DNA of 32,000 bases, from positions 925,991 through 957,990 of the forward strand of contig NC_018267.1 of assembly GCF_000306885.1 (NCBI RefSeq), read 5' to 3'. The translations under genes and the position numbers were made by a program. The DNA is from Wolbachia endosymbiont of Onchocerca ochengi. GTDB taxonomy: Bacteria > Pseudomonadota > Alphaproteobacteria > Rickettsiales > Anaplasmataceae. Within the stretch, counting starts at the first letter, position 1. Each line of letters begins with the position of its first letter. Below, piece by piece: positions 1 to 11,785 of this stretch. The notes under the pieces were generated by a model. That model saw only the letters and a program-made list of their open reading frames with translations, was not told where the DNA came from and ran no database searches.

Positions 1-882
1 TTTCAAGCTTAAATAGTAGAAAATGGGAGAAAGGCTGTAAATATCTTCATGTTTCCAAGTACATATATGAGTCGTAAACGCAGCAAAAAAAACTTTTTTA
101 ATTAACTAAACACTACTGCAACATTTGCAATAGCAATCCAGACAACATTTATGCATGTGATAAGTGCGTCAGCAACCTTCTACTATTCAAAGTATCAAGA
201 TTAGTTTTTTCTTATAATGAACGTAGTAAAGATATGATTATAAATCATAAAATTTGTGTTAAATAATGAAATATCAGCCAAAATAATAAGAAAAAATATG
301 TATATCAAGAAATCAGGCTATGTGTGTTTAGTAATCTTCTTTTCGTAGTATTTGAGTACTTAGAATAAAGTAAATTATTTAAGAATTAGAACTTTAAGAA
401 TCTAGAAAAAAACTGCAATCACTATATAACAATTAATTATACCAAAATCTTCTATGCAGTATGTAGCATTGCTCTCTATAGCAGAATTTTCTAGAAACAG
501 CCTATTTCAACATAACTAAACAAAAAAAGACAGATGCTACTTCAATCAATACATTAATATAACTCAAGACTATCCAAAATAGAATAATTGCAAACAGGAA
601 TAAAAACAATCCAAATATAACTGATAACCGCAAAAACTGCTGATATTCTATGCAATCTACTTAACTTTACCCAGTAAAAAAAGTTGAACTAGATGTGCAG
701 GTAATTATATAAACGAGCTAGGAAAATTTTTCATCCGTAGTACAAATACTTATCAGTAATAACAATAATAACCATCATTAAGCTGAACAACAATAGAAAT
801 ATTTCAGTAATAAACATAATTGAATATAAGACCTGCAAACGTTAGTAACTTTCTATAGATCTATTTTCTAAAACAAAAGATA

Positions 883-1899
883 TTACACTATATTATAAAC
901 TTTTGCTAAAACTTTCTTTATATCATCATTCGAAAGCGGAATCAGACCAAGCCTAGATAAGTACTCATTCTTAGCACTGATTGAATCTATCACTTCTCTA
1001 ATGAACTCTTTTAATCCATCAGTGATATTTAAGTGCTCTTTTTTTATGTAGATATACAAAGGCCTTGCTAATATATATTTTCCTGACGATATATTTTCAT
1101 AAGTTGGTTCAATTCCTGCAATTGTGCTCCCTTGTACTTTATCTTGGTTCCTCACTAAAAAGCTAAAACTAAATATCCCTAAGGCATTTCTATTACTTTT
1201 CAATTTTTGAATTATTATATTTTCATTACTTCCAACTTCTATGTATCTTCCATCATCTCTTATACTACTGCATGCTTTCTTTCTTTCTTCTGGATCCTTA
1301 TAGCTCTCTTTAAAAACTCTTGAATTCATGCATGAGTATTGATCAAGCATAACGAAATTAATCAAAGTATTGTACGTACCTGTATTTTGATGTGGACCAT
1401 AAATTTCAATTTCTGTTTTTGGTAAAACATGATTTATATCAAACCAAAACTTCTTATTATTTCTAACCAGTTTACCATTTTCTTCGGAATACGCGGATAA
1501 AGTTTCGAACAAATCTTTTTTTGTAAAATCAAACTTATAACTTTGATTCGAATTTGCAATTACAACTCCGTCATATCCAATAATGATTTCTACCACTTCA
1601 TTAACCTTATTTCTTTTACATAACTCCCTCTCCGCCTCCTTTATAGGACGAGATGAAGCAGCGATATCTGGCGTGTTCTTTCCTACACCTGAACAAAACA
1701 TCTTGAATCCTTGGCCACTTCCTATCGACTCTACAACTGGAGTTCTAAAAGAAAATACACGACTGAAGTCTTCAGCTATAAATGAGATAAAAGGAAAAAC
1801 TGTCGAAGATCCAACAATTCTAACATATTTTCTTGCATCAACATTTGATAGCGGCATAAACACTACAAATATAAAAATTAAGAGAAAGCTCCTAGACAT
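883..1899 (-). CDS. pstS: PstS-like phosphate ABC transporter substrate-binding protein
   Basis: 338 aa ORF with N-terminal signal peptide (MSRSFLLIFIFVVFMPLSNVDA) followed by VRIVGSSTVFPF...GSGQGFKMFCSG, PstS-like substrate-binding motifs. Confidence 0.85.
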   Translation of the reverse strand: MSRSFLLIFIFVVFMPLSNVDARKYVRIVGSSTVFPFISFIAEDFSRVFSFRTPVVESIGSGQGFKMFCSGVGKNTPDIAASSRPIKEAERELCKRNKVNEVVEIIIGYDGVVIANSNQSYKFDFTKKDLFETLSAYSEENGKLVRNNKKFWFDINHVLPKTEIEIYGPHQNTGTYNTLINFVMLDQYSCMNSRVFKESYKDPEERKKACSSIRDDGRYIEVGSNENIIIQKLKSNRNALGIFSFSFLVRNQDKVQGSTIAGIEPTYENISSGKYILARPLYIYIKKEHLNITDGLKEFIREVIDSISAKNEYLSRLGLIPLSNDDIKKVLAKVYNIV

Positions 1900-2057
1900 T
1901 ATTTTTCATTAAAGATATAAATCTATAATTATTATAACAAAAGATCAAATTAAAAAATTCTAATTAAGGTACAAACTATTTACCATAAAAATAGATTATT
2001 ATAATAATAATTAATTTTTATAACTACTTTACTTTCTTCTTTTTTTTATTACTAACT

Positions 2058-2435
2058 TTACCTTTTGCTACAGTACTCCCTATCAACAAGTTCTACCACC
2101 GCCATTGAAGCACAATCACCCTTTCGGGTGTTAAACTTTATTATTCTAGAATACCCACCTTTACGATCTTGATAACGGCTAGCTAAAGCCAGTAATTTAT
2201 CAACTGCTAACTTATTATTATGAAGGCGCGAAAGTAAAAGCCTTCTGCCATATAAAGTATTTTTATTCTTAGCAATTGTAATAAATTTTTCCACATATGG
2301 GCGAAGCTCCTTAGCCTTCGGCAAAGTAGTTATAATCTGCTCATGGTTTATTAAGGAAATAGAAAGGTTCTTCAGCATCGATAATCTGTGCTTAGTTCGA
2401 CGAGAGAGTTTACGCTTTTTTATTCTATGTTTCAT
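2058..2435 (-). CDS. rplQ: 50S ribosomal protein L17 (3' end may be frameshifted; see findings)
   Basis: MKHRIKKRKLSRRTKHRLSMLKNL..., DRKGGYSRIIK; position directly after rpoA. Confidence 0.95.
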   Translation of the reverse strand: MKHRIKKRKLSRRTKHRLSMLKNLSISLINHEQIITTLPKAKELRPYVEKFITIAKNKNTLYGRRLLLSRLHNNKLAVDKLLALASRYQDRKGGYSRIIKFNTRKGDCASMAVVELVDREYCSKR

Positions 2436-2442
2436 ATATCAT

Positions 2443-3513
2443 TTAATCTTCATCAGTATGTTGTCTAGCTAATTCATCTATATTCTTAGGTGGCCAATCT
2501 GGGACATTCATACCTAAAGATAAACCAAAATTATTTAAAACTGCCTTGATCTCATTCAAAGACTTTCTGCCAAAATTAGCAGTCCTCAACATTTCACTCT
2601 CCGTTCTCTGAACAAGATCACCTATATAAGTAACATTTTCATTTTTCAAACAATTATGTGACCTAACAGACAACTCCATTTCATCTACCTTACGTAATAA
2701 GATAGGATCATAACCTAAATCTCTATAACTACTAGACGAAGAGACTTGTGACGACTTTTTATGACTCGCATCAGAGTTAATAAAGGGCTGCAGTTGCTCT
2801 TGTAATATCCTTGCAGCAGAATCAACAGCTTGACTTGGAGAAATTGTACCATCAGTTTCAATCGACAATATCAACTTATCCTTATCAGTAACTTGACCAA
2901 CACGACTATTCTCTGCTTTATACGAAACCTTGTTAATAGGACTATACAAAGCATTAACTGGGATGAACCCCTTTAAATCCCGTTCACTAATAAGCTTCAA
3001 AAGCTCGTTTTCTTTATATTTAGTAACAGGAAGGTAGCCTTTTCCACTAGCTACATATATAGTCATATTGAGCTCCACATTCTGCCCGAGGGTACATATT
3101 AGCAAATTCTTATTAACAATAGAACACTGATCATCAGCTTCTATCATTCCAGCCACTACTTGACAAGGCCCTTTAGCACTCAAATTTAAGCTCTTATTAA
3201 GAGTACCATTCAATTTACACCTCAACATACCCACATTCAATACTATATCAGTTACATCTTCTCTTATCCCTTGAATTGAAGTAAACTCATGAGTTACACC
3301 TTCAATTTTTATTCCATAAACAGCACTACCTATAAGAGAAGATAACATCACACGCCTCAATGCATTACCAAGTGTCAAAGCAAAACCACTCTCCAATGGT
3401 TCTAATACTATATCACCTTTTTCATTTGAATTACCTGGTAATATCTTGATTGAATTAGGCCTAGTCAATTTACTTAAACTACTAAAAACAGCAACATTGT
3501 CATTACGATACAT
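2443..3513 (-). CDS. rpoA: DNA-directed RNA polymerase subunit alpha
   Basis: 356 aa; [25 protein letters not shown]..., C-terminal helix-hairpin region [12 protein letters not shown]. Confidence 0.98.
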   Translation of the reverse strand: MYRNDNVAVFSSLSKLTRPNSIKILPGNSNEKGDIVLEPLESGFALTLGNALRRVMLSSLIGSAVYGIKIEGVTHEFTSIQGIREDVTDIVLNVGMLRCKLNGTLNKSLNLSAKGPCQVVAGMIEADDQCSIVNKNLLICTLGQNVELNMTIYVASGKGYLPVTKYKENELLKLISERDLKGFIPVNALYSPINKVSYKAENSRVGQVTDKDKLILSIETDGTISPSQAVDSAARILQEQLQPFINSDASHKKSSQVSSSSSYRDLGYDPILLRKVDEMELSVRSHNCLKNENVTYIGDLVQRTESEMLRTANFGRKSLNEIKAVLNNFGLSLGMNVPDWPPKNIDELARQHTDED

Positions 3514-3534
3514 AAAATACCCTTCTTAAATATT

Positions 3535-3921
3535 CTATACTCTTCTTTTTTTTCTTAACCTACATCCATTATGAGGAATTGCAGTTTTATCTGCAATTGA
3601 GGTTACTGTTAACCCACAGCCTTGGAGTGCTTTAACCGCAGCTTCAGCCCCAAAACCAGGACCACATATTATCACGGAAACAACCTTCATACCAAATTTT
3701 TCTACCGCAATCCTTGCAGCAGATTCTGAAGCTTTCCCCGCAGCATAAGGTGTAGATTTTCTTGAACCTGAGAAACCATGTGCACCAACAGAAGTTTGGT
3801 ACAAAGTGTTACCTTGAACATCAGTTACATTTATAAAAGTATTGTTAAAAGTTGCACGAATATGAACAATTCCAGTGACAAACTTCTTTGTACTTTTACT
3901 AACTGTTCTGAACTTCTTCAT
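3535..3921 (-). CDS. rpsK: 30S ribosomal protein S11
   Basis: [22 protein letters not shown]..., ends [11 protein letters not shown]. Track ORF starts at 3996, but the family-like start is MKKFRTVSK at 3921. Confidence 0.96.
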   Translation of the reverse strand: MKKFRTVSKSTKKFVTGIVHIRATFNNTFINVTDVQGNTLYQTSVGAHGFSGSRKSTPYAAGKASESAARIAVEKFGMKVVSVIICGPGFGAEAAVKALQGCGLTVTSIADKTAIPHNGCRLRKKRRV

Positions 3922-3943
3922 AAATTCATAATAACCACAAATT

Positions 3944-4312
3944 TTATTTCTTTCCAGCAATAGATAAGTGAGACCTACCCTTACGAGTCTTAGCATTGGT
4001 ATGAGTCCTTTGTCCTCTTACAGGCAAACCTTTTCTGTGCCTCACTCCTTTATAGCACCCCATTTCTACTAAAGACTTTATATTCATAGCCACTTCTTTC
4101 CTAAGTTGACCTTCTATGGTATAATTTTGTCTAATGAAATTACCGATCCTTTCTATATCCTTATCTTGCAACTCTGAAATACGTTTACCTTTATTAATTT
4201 CACAAGCACGGCAAATTGTATTTGCAGTAGCGATACCTATACCATATATATAAGTTAATGCAAAAGGAACACATTTCTTTACTGGAACATTTACACCTGC
4301 AACGCGTACCAC
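3944..4312 (-). CDS. rpsM: 30S ribosomal protein S13
   Basis: [12 protein letters not shown]..., [22 protein letters not shown]. Confidence 0.98.
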   Translation of the reverse strand: MVRVAGVNVPVKKCVPFALTYIYGIGIATANTICRACEINKGKRISELQDKDIERIGNFIRQNYTIEGQLRKEVAMNIKSLVEMGCYKGVRHRKGLPVRGQRTHTNAKTRKGRSHLSIAGKK

Positions 4313-4371
4313 TAATACTCCAATACTCCACTAGTAATAATTCTTAACTTATACCATAAAATAACTTAGAA

Positions 4372-5025
4372 TCAAATCAAATTACAAGAAATTTTGCTCT
4401 CAATCTTTTGTTTCACCTGAACAATATTGAGATTAGCATTAACTGTTAACAATTTATCTTTATAATATTCACGTAAACCACCTATTTGTACATAGTACTC
4501 GCTTATTCTTTTACTAATTATAGATAAGTCAGAATCATCAATTCTTCTTTTCAGCCTTGTCCTTTTACATTTTATACAAACAAGATTATCGTTCTTCTTA
4601 AAAAAAGATACACTATATGTGTTCTTACAATCCAGACATACAAGTCGATTTCTTAATCTATCAATTGCAATCTTATCATCAATCTCTAACTCAATAACAA
4701 TATTCACATTTCTATTATATTTCTCTTGCAAAATTTGAGTTAGAAAATGAGCTTGATTTAGATTTCTCGGAAAACCATCTAATAAAAAATTATCATCACC
4801 TATCAATGCAAGCTGATTGCATAATAATTCAAATATGACCTCATCTTGAATTAAATTACCAGACTCTACAGTATTCTTTATTTCTTTACCTAACTCACTA
4901 TTGCTAGATATAATACTTCTCAATATATTCCCTACTGAAATTAACTTTAAGTTATACTTTGCTATTAGAAAACTTGACTGAGTACCTTTACCGGAACCAG
5001 GAGGACCAAAGATTATAATAATCAT
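4372..5025 (-). CDS. adk: Adenylate kinase
   Basis: P-loop [20 protein letters not shown], Cys-containing LID segment [10 protein letters not shown]...CIKCKRT. Confidence 0.97.
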   Translation of the reverse strand: MIIIIFGPPGSGKGTQSSFLIAKYNLKLISVGNILRSIISSNSELGKEIKNTVESGNLIQDEVIFELLCNQLALIGDDNFLLDGFPRNLNQAHFLTQILQEKYNRNVNIVIELEIDDKIAIDRLRNRLVCLDCKNTYSVSFFKKNDNLVCIKCKRTRLKRRIDDSDLSIISKRISEYYVQIGGLREYYKDKLLTVNANLNIVQVKQKIESKISCNLI

Positions 5026-6349
5026 CTTAATTTTCTTGTTCTAGACTCATACTTCTTTATCCAACTATCATACCTATTCGAAAAAATGTAAGATTGTATT
5101 TGCATAATAGTATCAGTAACAACATTGACTATAATCAATAAGCTTGTTCCACCAAAAATAAACGGTATACTATAATAATATCTTATAACTTCAGGCACAG
5201 CACATATAACCACTAGATATACAGAGCCAATAAATGTTAACTTTACAACTATTTCTTGAAGGTAATCAGAAGTATGTTTTCCCGGCCTTCTACCAGGTAT
5301 AAAACCACCATTTCTTTTAAGAAAATTAGCATTTTCTTCTGAATTAAATATAAAATTGGTGTAAAAAAGTTGAAAAATACTATAAGTGCTAAATAAGCTA
5401 TAATATAAATTACTTTATTTACTACAAAGCAATTTAAAATAAAATCAGAAAAAGCATAACCCCTATAAAAATTTGCAATTGAAATAGGGGTCAATAAAAC
5501 TGCATTGGCAAAAATAGTTGGTATTACACCAGATAAATTAATCTTTAACGGTATATAAGTAAAATCGTCATTATGTAACTTTTTAAACTGCTTTCTAGGA
5601 TACTGAACAATGACTTTTCTATAAGAAGACTCCGTAAAAATAACCAAAAGCAACAGCAAGAAAAATACTATTAAAATAAAAAGTATAATAAGCAACGATA
5701 TACTACCATTTTTATTCAATGTCAACAGTGACGAAAAAGCACTATATAATTCTGATATTATACCTGTAAAAATGATTAATGAGATGCCGTTACCTACACC
5801 ACTAGCACTAATTTGTTCACCAAGCCATATTAGAAATATCGTTCCACCTAAAAGGCTAAAGGCTCCTACTGTACGAAACATAAAACCAGGTTCGACTACA
5901 ATCAGTACTCCTTCCTTATTCATTCTTTCTAATCCTATTAAAATAGCAACTGATTGAAATAGACAAAATACTATAGTCATATAATATATGTAAGAACTCA
6001 TCTTTCGACGTCCCAATTCTCCATCGTTCTTAACTTCACTAATTCCTTTGATTGCAGAAGATAATAACTGCATAACTATAGATGCAACTATGTACGGCAT
6101 AACACTTAGTGCCAAAATTGTCATTCTAGCTAATGCACCACCAGAAAACAGATTAAATACTCCAAAGACACCAGAACCTTCTTTAGGAAAGATATCATTA
6201 ATTATATCAAGATTAATTCCAGGAATAGGCACATAAGTACCCAAACGATAAAAAATTAAAGCGATTAGCGTAAAAAATATACGCTGCAACAAATCACCTT
6301 TATACAATAATGCAGTATCCAAATTATTAAATGCGGACTTACTGTTCAT
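5022..6349 (-). CDS. secY: Preprotein translocase subunit SecY, interrupted by an apparent -1 frameshift at a T6 (coding-strand) homopolymer
   Basis: ORF 5249-6349 is the SecY N-terminus and body. The missing C-terminus ([84 protein letters not shown]) is intact in a second frame ending at 5022. The frames join if A6 at 5363-5368 is read as A7. Confidence 0.93.
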
Positions 6350-6352
6350 TAT

Positions 6353-6823
6353 TTATGATAGTACTTCTACACTACCACCAACTAAAACCACAGATTTTTT
6401 TGCAGCTTCCGATGCAAAGTCAACATAAAACACACATTTCTCACTCAACTTACCTTTATTAAGAAGCTTGATTTTGTTCTTAACAGACTTTATAAAACCT
6501 AATTTACATAGTATTTCCTTATTTACAACAGAACCTTTTACTATCCTTTTAGCCTCTATTAAACGCTGCACATCACCAACATTAATTATTGAGCATATAT
6601 TTCTACGTATAGGATTAAAACCTCTTTTAGGTAAACGAGTATATATAGACTGTTGTCCACCTTCAAATCCATTTATAGAAACACCACTCCTAGCCTTCTG
6701 CCCTTTATGACCCCTACCAGATGTTTTACCTCTACCACAACCAATACCCCTACCTAGTAACTTAGACTTTTTTTTCTTTGATAACTTATTAAATATAGAG
6801 TTTAATTTTATAGCACTATTCAT
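6353..6823 (-). CDS. rplO: 50S ribosomal protein L15
   Basis: KKKKSKLLGRGIGCGRGKTSGRGHKGQKARSG. Confidence 0.97.
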   Translation of the reverse strand: MNSAIKLNSIFNKLSKKKKSKLLGRGIGCGRGKTSGRGHKGQKARSGVSINGFEGGQQSIYTRLPKRGFNPIRRNICSIINVGDVQRLIEAKRIVKGSVVNKEILCKLGFIKSVKNKIKLLNKGKLSEKCVFYVDFASEAAKKSVVLVGGSVEVLS

Positions 6824-6826
6824 ATT

Positions 6827-7345
6827 TTACCTATTTTCAACTATCTCACTAATTTTTTTACCTCTTTTGCTCGCAACTTGACGAGGAGATAACATACTAC
6901 TAAAAGCCTCAAATACTGCATAAATAACGTTATGAGGATTATTCGATCTCATAGACTTAGCTACTACATCTTTTATACCTAGCACTTCAAAAACTGCCCT
7001 AATCGCCCCACCAGCAATAATACCTGTTCCAGCTCTAGCTGCCCTTAAAACTATCTCACCAGAACAAAACTTAGCTTTAATATCATGATGTAGAGTTCTA
7101 CCTTCACGCAAGTATACTCTAATCATCGATTTTTTTGCAGCATTTACAGCCTTTACTCTTGCTTCAGCAACTTCTGCATGTTTACCCATTCCACACCCTA
7201 CTCTACCTTTCTCATCTCCAACAACAACTAAAATTGAAAATGAAAATCTTCTACCACCTTTTGTAACTGTTGTCACTCTCCGTACTGAAACTAAAAGCTC
7301 TGATAAATCATCATTACCTTGTAAATTCTTTACAGCCATATCCAA
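6827..7345 (-). CDS. rpsE: 30S ribosomal protein S5
   Basis: [17 protein letters not shown]..., [24 protein letters not shown]. Confidence 0.98.
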   Translation of the reverse strand: MDMAVKNLQGNDDLSELLVSVRRVTTVTKGGRRFSFSILVVVGDEKGRVGCGMGKHAEVAEARVKAVNAAKKSMIRVYLREGRTLHHDIKAKFCSGEIVLRAARAGTGIIAGGAIRAVFEVLGIKDVVAKSMRSNNPHNVIYAVFEAFSSMLSPRQVASKRGKKISEIVENR

Positions 7346-7351
7346 AACTTC

Positions 7352-7726
7352 TTAAAACTTAAACCCAGAATTTCTTAAAGAATCAGCAAATTGAGAAATT
7401 AACCCTGTGTACTTATATGGTCCGCGATCAAATACCAATTTTTGTTCTAACTTCATATTAGATAATCGCTCAACCATTAAAGAAGAAACTTGTTTTATAG
7501 TTTTAGCGTTAACCTTACTTTTACATGCATTCCTAATTTTAGCATCCAAAGTAGAAGCAGAAACGAGAGTTACTCCCTTTTCATCATTGATTAATTGAAC
7601 GTAAAAATGCTTATTAGACTTAAATATGGATATACGTAAACGTTTCTTATCACCATAATTAAGCTTTTTTCTATTACGCAACTTCCTTTTTTCAAAATTA
7701 CTCAGAAAATTATATAACCTTCTCAT
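7352..7726 (-). CDS. rplR: 50S ribosomal protein L18
   Basis: RLRISIFKSNKHFYVQLINDEKGVTL..., VFDRGPYKYTG. Confidence 0.96.
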   Translation of the reverse strand: MRRLYNFLSNFEKRKLRNRKKLNYGDKKRLRISIFKSNKHFYVQLINDEKGVTLVSASTLDAKIRNACKSKVNAKTIKQVSSLMVERLSNMKLEQKLVFDRGPYKYTGLISQFADSLRNSGFKF

Positions 7727-7731
7727 CTTAA

Positions 7732-8277
7732 TTAATTTTTTTTACTTACAACTTTACGCAACATAAACTTGCCTTTCATTATAATACCCTTACCTTTATA
7801 AGGGTCATATTTTCTAATTTTACATATATCAGATGCTACCATATAGACTTTCTGCTTGTCCATGCCACTAACTACCAAGTGAATTGGTTTTATACACTTA
7901 ATTTTAATATCTTTGGGCACTTTATACTTAACATTATGACTATAACCAAGATACAAAGTCAAATATTTACCATTACACTCTGCTTTATATCCTACACCAT
8001 TAACCTCAAGATCAACAGAAAAATCATTAATCATACCATTAATAATATTATTAATATTACTTCTATAAGTACCCCACATAGGCTTTATCTCATCATAATC
8101 ACCCTTGCCTTGATTAATAGAAAGCAGCAACTGATTATCAACAACACAACACACAATACTACTGTTTAATCTAAGCCTTTTTTCTGCTTTAACACTTTTT
8201 ATCAATATCTCACCATCATCATACTCAACTGAAACACCAACAGGAATATTTACAGGTGCGGCACCTACACGAGACAT
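7732..8277 (-). CDS. rplF: 50S ribosomal protein L6
   Basis: MSRVGAAPVNIP..., EVNGVGYKAE, RKYDPYKGKGI. Confidence 0.96.
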   Translation of the reverse strand: MSRVGAAPVNIPVGVSVEYDDGEILIKSVKAEKRLRLNSSIVCCVVDNQLLLSINQGKGDYDEIKPMWGTYRSNINNIINGMINDFSVDLEVNGVGYKAECNGKYLTLYLGYSHNVKYKVPKDIKIKCIKPIHLVVSGMDKQKVYMVASDICKIRKYDPYKGKGIIMKGKFMLRKVVSKKN

Positions 8278-8293
8278 AAACTTCTCCTATTAC

Positions 8294-8689
8294 TTAAAAT
8301 ACACGACACAAAATTTCCCCGCCAACTTTTAACTTACGCGCATTGTAGTCCGTCATTACCCCTTTAGACGTAGATATAATAAAAACACCAAGCCCATTAT
8401 ATGCTTTAGCAATATCCTTATACCTAGAATAACGACGACAACCCGGTTTTGATACTCTAACTATGTCAGTAATTACAGGTAACCTCTCGTAATACTTCAA
8501 TTTTATAACAAAAAACGGCACATTACCTGTAACCTCCTTCTGATAATTAAGAATATATCCTTCATCTTTCAAAATCTTCAGTATAGAAGAATTTACTCTA
8601 GAGAACAAAACTCTCGTTGTCCTATGCATTGCTAATTGAGCGTTACGTATCCTTGTTAAAAAATCCCCAATACTATCAGATAAAGCCAT
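8294..8689 (-). CDS. rpsH: 30S ribosomal protein S8
   Basis: [18 protein letters not shown]..., [29 protein letters not shown]. Family-like start at 8689 rather than the track ORF start 8716. Confidence 0.96.
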   Translation of the reverse strand: MALSDSIGDFLTRIRNAQLAMHRTTRVLFSRVNSSILKILKDEGYILNYQKEVTGNVPFFVIKLKYYERLPVITDIVRVSKPGCRRYSRYKDIAKAYNGLGVFIISTSKGVMTDYNARKLKVGGEILCRVF

Positions 8690-8709
8690 AATATACTCCT
8701 TATATTTAT

Positions 8710-9018
8710 TCACCAACTAGATTTTGTAACTCCTGGGATTTTTCCAAAAGCACATAAATCACGCAAAACAATCCTACACAAACCAAATTTCCTATACACT
8801 CCCCTTGGCCTACCAGTTAAAATACACCTATTTCTAATTCTGATTTTAGAAGAATCTCTAGGCAATTTTTTAATTAACTTATTTTGAGCAGCAAACCTTT
8901 CATTCATAGGCATATCTTTATTGTTTACTATAGATTTTAATTCCCTTCTTTTTTCCTTATATTGATCACACAACTTCACTCTACGAAGATTCCTTTGTAT
9001 CATAGATTTTTTTGCCAT
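8710..9018 (-). CDS. rpsN: 30S ribosomal protein S14
   Basis: [10 protein letters not shown]..., [27 protein letters not shown]. Family-like start at 9018 rather than 9039. Confidence 0.96.
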   Translation of the reverse strand: MAKKSMIQRNLRRVKLCDQYKEKRRELKSIVNNKDMPMNERFAAQNKLIKKLPRDSSKIRIRNRCILTGRPRGVYRKFGLCRIVLRDLCAFGKIPGVTKSSW

Positions 9019-9035
9019 ATATTTATCCTCTTTAA

Positions 9036-9569
9036 TCAATCAAAAAAGGGAAATCTAAAAGCTAGTAATAACTGTTTTGCTTCTTCATCACTACTTGCAC
9101 TTGTTATAATATTTACATCCATACCTCTAATCTTACTTACTTTATCATAATCTACTTCTAAAAATGAGATATGTTCCTTTATTCCAAAGGAAAAATTACC
9201 ATTACCATCAAATTGTTTTACACTGAATCCTCTAAAATCCTTTTCCCGTGGCAAAGTGATATATATCAATCTTTCTAAAAATTCATACATTTTATCTCTA
9301 CGTAAAGTTACCTTACAACCTACTGTAGCATCTTTTCTTATCTTGAACCCAGAAATAGATTTTTTTGCGGAAGTTAAAATAGGTTTTTGCCCTGTAATTA
9401 AATGTAGACAGCCAAACGGCTCATTTATTGCTTTACTATCTACAGCAGCATCACCAACACCCATATTAATACATACCTTAACAAGCTTAGGCACTTGCAT
9501 TATATTGCTATAGTTAAACTTATCTTTCAAGGATTTTATTATGCTACCTTTATACAATTCTTTAAACAT
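9036..9569 (-). CDS. rplE: 50S ribosomal protein L5
   Basis: [20 protein letters not shown]..., [13 protein letters not shown]...[10 protein letters not shown]. Confidence 0.97.
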   Translation of the reverse strand: MFKELYKGSIIKSLKDKFNYSNIMQVPKLVKVCINMGVGDAAVDSKAINEPFGCLHLITGQKPILTSAKKSISGFKIRKDATVGCKVTLRRDKMYEFLERLIYITLPREKDFRGFSVKQFDGNGNFSFGIKEHISFLEVDYDKVSKIRGMDVNIITSASSDEEAKQLLLAFRFPFFD

Positions 9570-9574
9570 ATTAC

Positions 9575-9892
9575 CTAATCTATTACTTCCTCAGAAACTT
9601 TCGCAAAACGTACCTTTTTACCATCTATAACCTTAAACCCTATTCTAGTTGGAGCTTTATATTTAGGATCCAACATTGCAATGTTAGATATATCAATAGC
9701 CAATTCTTTACCTAATATACCACCACTATCACCTGCTTTTGGCTTGGTATGCCTTTTGTACACATTTACTCCAGAAACAATTGCCCTCTTTTTAGCATTA
9801 TGCATTAAAATTTTAACTACCTTGCCAATTTTGCCTTTATCCCTGCCAGCTAAAACTATAACGTCATCGCCACTTCTTATTTTTGCACTCAT
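9575..9892 (-). CDS. rplX: 50S ribosomal protein L24
   Basis: [24 protein letters not shown] (KOW motif), [13 protein letters not shown]. Confidence 0.96.
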   Translation of the reverse strand: MSAKIRSGDDVIVLAGRDKGKIGKVVKILMHNAKKRAIVSGVNVYKRHTKPKAGDSGGILGKELAIDISNIAMLDPKYKAPTRIGFKVIDGKKVRFAKVSEEVID

Positions 9893-10251
9893 TATAAAAC
9901 CTCAACAGCCAGTGACATTATTTTCATAAAAGAACCAGACAACAATTTTTTCACTGGACCAAATACTCGAGTACCAAGCGGTTCACCTTGATTATTAATT
10001 AAAACTACAGCATTACTAGAAAAACGAATTACAGAGTTATCAGACTTTCTAATACGACTTTTCACTCTAACAACAACTGCTCTATATACTTTTCCCTTTT
10101 CAACTTTCCCCTTCGGGTTGATAGATTTAGCAGATACAATAACTGTATCACCTACAGATGCAAACTTCCTGCCACCCAACAAGCCAATACAAAGCACTTT
10201 ACGTGCACCAGAATTATCAGCCACTTCTAACAATGTATTTTTTTGAATCAT
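9892..10251 (-). CDS. rplN: 50S ribosomal protein L14
   Basis: [27 protein letters not shown]..., GTRVFGPV. Confidence 0.98.
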   Translation of the reverse strand: MIQKNTLLEVADNSGARKVLCIGLLGGRKFASVGDTVIVSAKSINPKGKVEKGKVYRAVVVRVKSRIRKSDNSVIRFSSNAVVLINNQGEPLGTRVFGPVKKLLSGSFMKIMSLAVEVL

Positions 10252-10260
10252 ATGAACATC

Positions 10261-10494
10261 TTACCCAACTTGAACAACAATCCACTTTTTAGTGGCAGAA
10301 ATAGGTTTATGTTCTTGTATAAAAACTTTATCCCCTGCTTTGCAACTATTATTTTCACTATGTGCTGTATACTTTCTATATTTTTTTATGACTTTTTTAT
10401 ATAGCCTATCCTTATATACCTGCAGTACTAAAACCTTTACAGTTTTATCACACTCAGCTTTAATTACAACACCACACAAAATTTTCTTAGGCAT
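10261..10494 (-). CDS. rpsQ: 30S ribosomal protein S17
   Basis: LCGVVIKAECDKTVKVLV..., YRKYTAHSE...GDKVFIQEHKPISATKKW-like sequence. Confidence 0.95.
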   Translation of the reverse strand: MPKKILCGVVIKAECDKTVKVLVLQVYKDRLYKKVIKKYRKYTAHSENNSCKAGDKVFIQEHKPISATKKWIVVQVG

Positions 10495-10498
10495 TCTT

Positions 10499-10705
10499 TT
10501 ACTCTATCGTTCTTTCATTTAACACAGTTAAAATACGAGCTATATTTTTCCTTATCAAACTAAAACGCGTAACATTGCTACACTGTCCCAATTTTTTTTG
10601 AAAAACCAAATTAACAAACTCTTTCCTTAAATTTATAAGAACTTCATACAACTCTTGCGAGGATTTCGATCTAATCTCAATTATACCCATCGTAATTTTA
10701 CTCAA
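10499..10705 (-). CDS. rpmC: 50S ribosomal protein L29
   Basis: 68 aa; [24 protein letters not shown]..., [15 protein letters not shown]. Confidence 0.9.
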   Translation of the reverse strand: MSKITMGIIEIRSKSSQELYEVLINLRKEFVNLVFQKKLGQCSNVTRFSLIRKNIARILTVLNERTIE

Positions 10706-11115
10706 CTATAATTAGATACAAATTTACATTTTATAGGAAGCTTGGCAATTGCTTTTTCAAGTGCTAATTTTGCCAAATGCATGGAAACACTACCACTAAT
10801 TTCAAATAACACCCTACCAGGCTTAGTTTTAAATATCCAAAATTCAACACTACCTTTCCCTTTACCCATCCGCACATCAGCAGGTTTTTTACTAACAGGA
10901 ATATCAGGAAAAATTCTTATCCACACTTTACCAGAGCGTTTCAATGTTCTAGATATCACACGTCTTACAGCTTCAATATGCTTAGACTGAATCCTACCTG
11001 CTTCTATAGCTTTTAAGCCATAATCTCCAAAAGACAATGTACTACCAGCTTTTGTACTACCCTTAATCCTCCCTTTAAACACCTTTCTATATTTACTTTT
11101 TTTAGGGACAAACAT
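10702..11115 (-). CDS. rplP: 50S ribosomal protein L16
   Basis: [19 protein letters not shown]..., [26 protein letters not shown]. Confidence 0.98.
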   Translation of the reverse strand: MFVPKKSKYRKVFKGRIKGSTKAGSTLSFGDYGLKAIEAGRIQSKHIEAVRRVISRTLKRSGKVWIRIFPDIPVSKKPADVRMGKGKGSVEFWIFKTKPGRVLFEISGSVSMHLAKLALEKAIAKLPIKCKFVSNYS

Positions 11116-11126
11116 TCCAATATACC

Positions 11127-11747
11127 TTAATTAATAATATAAACCCAAACTCTAACTCCTATAATACCATATACAGTCTTTGCTTCACATAAAGCATAAT
11201 CTATATTAGCACGTAAAGTGTGTAAAGGTAAACGACCTTCCTTATACCATTCGGTACGAGCTATTTCAGCCCCACCAAGACGTCCAGAACAACTTATTTT
11301 AATACCTCCTCCTCCCATCCTCAAACAACTTTGAATAGCTTTTTTCATCGCTCTTCTGAATGAAACCCGTTTTTCTAACTGCTGTGCTATGCTGTTTGAT
11401 ATCAAGGCTGCATCTATTTCAGGCCTCTTTACTCCTACCACATTCACTTCTACATTATCTTTTACTTTTTGAATTATTTTTTGTTTTACCTTCTCAATAT
11501 CCAAGCCTTTCTTACCTATTATCACTCCAGGTCTAGAAGAGTGTATTGTTACAGACATCAAATCACCTTTACGCTCTATAATTATTCTGGAAAGACCTGC
11601 ATGCTTAAAAGATTTATTTATGTAACTACGAATAAACAAATCCTGATGCAATTTTTCTTTATAATCTTTATTAGCATACCAAATGGAATCCCAGGTATTA
11701 GCATTTATCTTCAACCTTAATCCTATAGGATTAACCTTTTGTCCCAT
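11127..11747 (-). CDS. rpsC: 30S ribosomal protein S3
   Basis: [15 protein letters not shown]..., [17 protein letters not shown]..., [19 protein letters not shown]. Confidence 0.98.
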   Translation of the reverse strand: MGQKVNPIGLRLKINANTWDSIWYANKDYKEKLHQDLFIRSYINKSFKHAGLSRIIIERKGDLMSVTIHSSRPGVIIGKKGLDIEKVKQKIIQKVKDNVEVNVVGVKRPEIDAALISNSIAQQLEKRVSFRRAMKKAIQSCLRMGGGGIKISCSGRLGGAEIARTEWYKEGRLPLHTLRANIDYALCEAKTVYGIIGVRVWVYIIN

Positions 11748-11785
11748 ATTTTATACTTTCCTCACTAATTTTATATTTTTACGAA

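Noticed and set aside
1-882. Possible gene or RNA at the left edge
   Set aside because: No ORF of useful size, no tRNA-like motif and no recognisable protein fragments on either strand.
883-1899. The lone pstS-like gene as part of a new phosphate-responsive operon with the ribosomal genes
   Set aside because: It is about 140 bp downstream of rplQ with an AT-rich gap; co-orientation alone is weak, and no other pst genes are present.
5022-5213. 63-aa ORF as a separate small membrane protein downstream of secY
   Set aside because: Its sequence from [30 protein letters not shown] onward is the SecY C-terminal domain in a shifted frame, not an independent gene.
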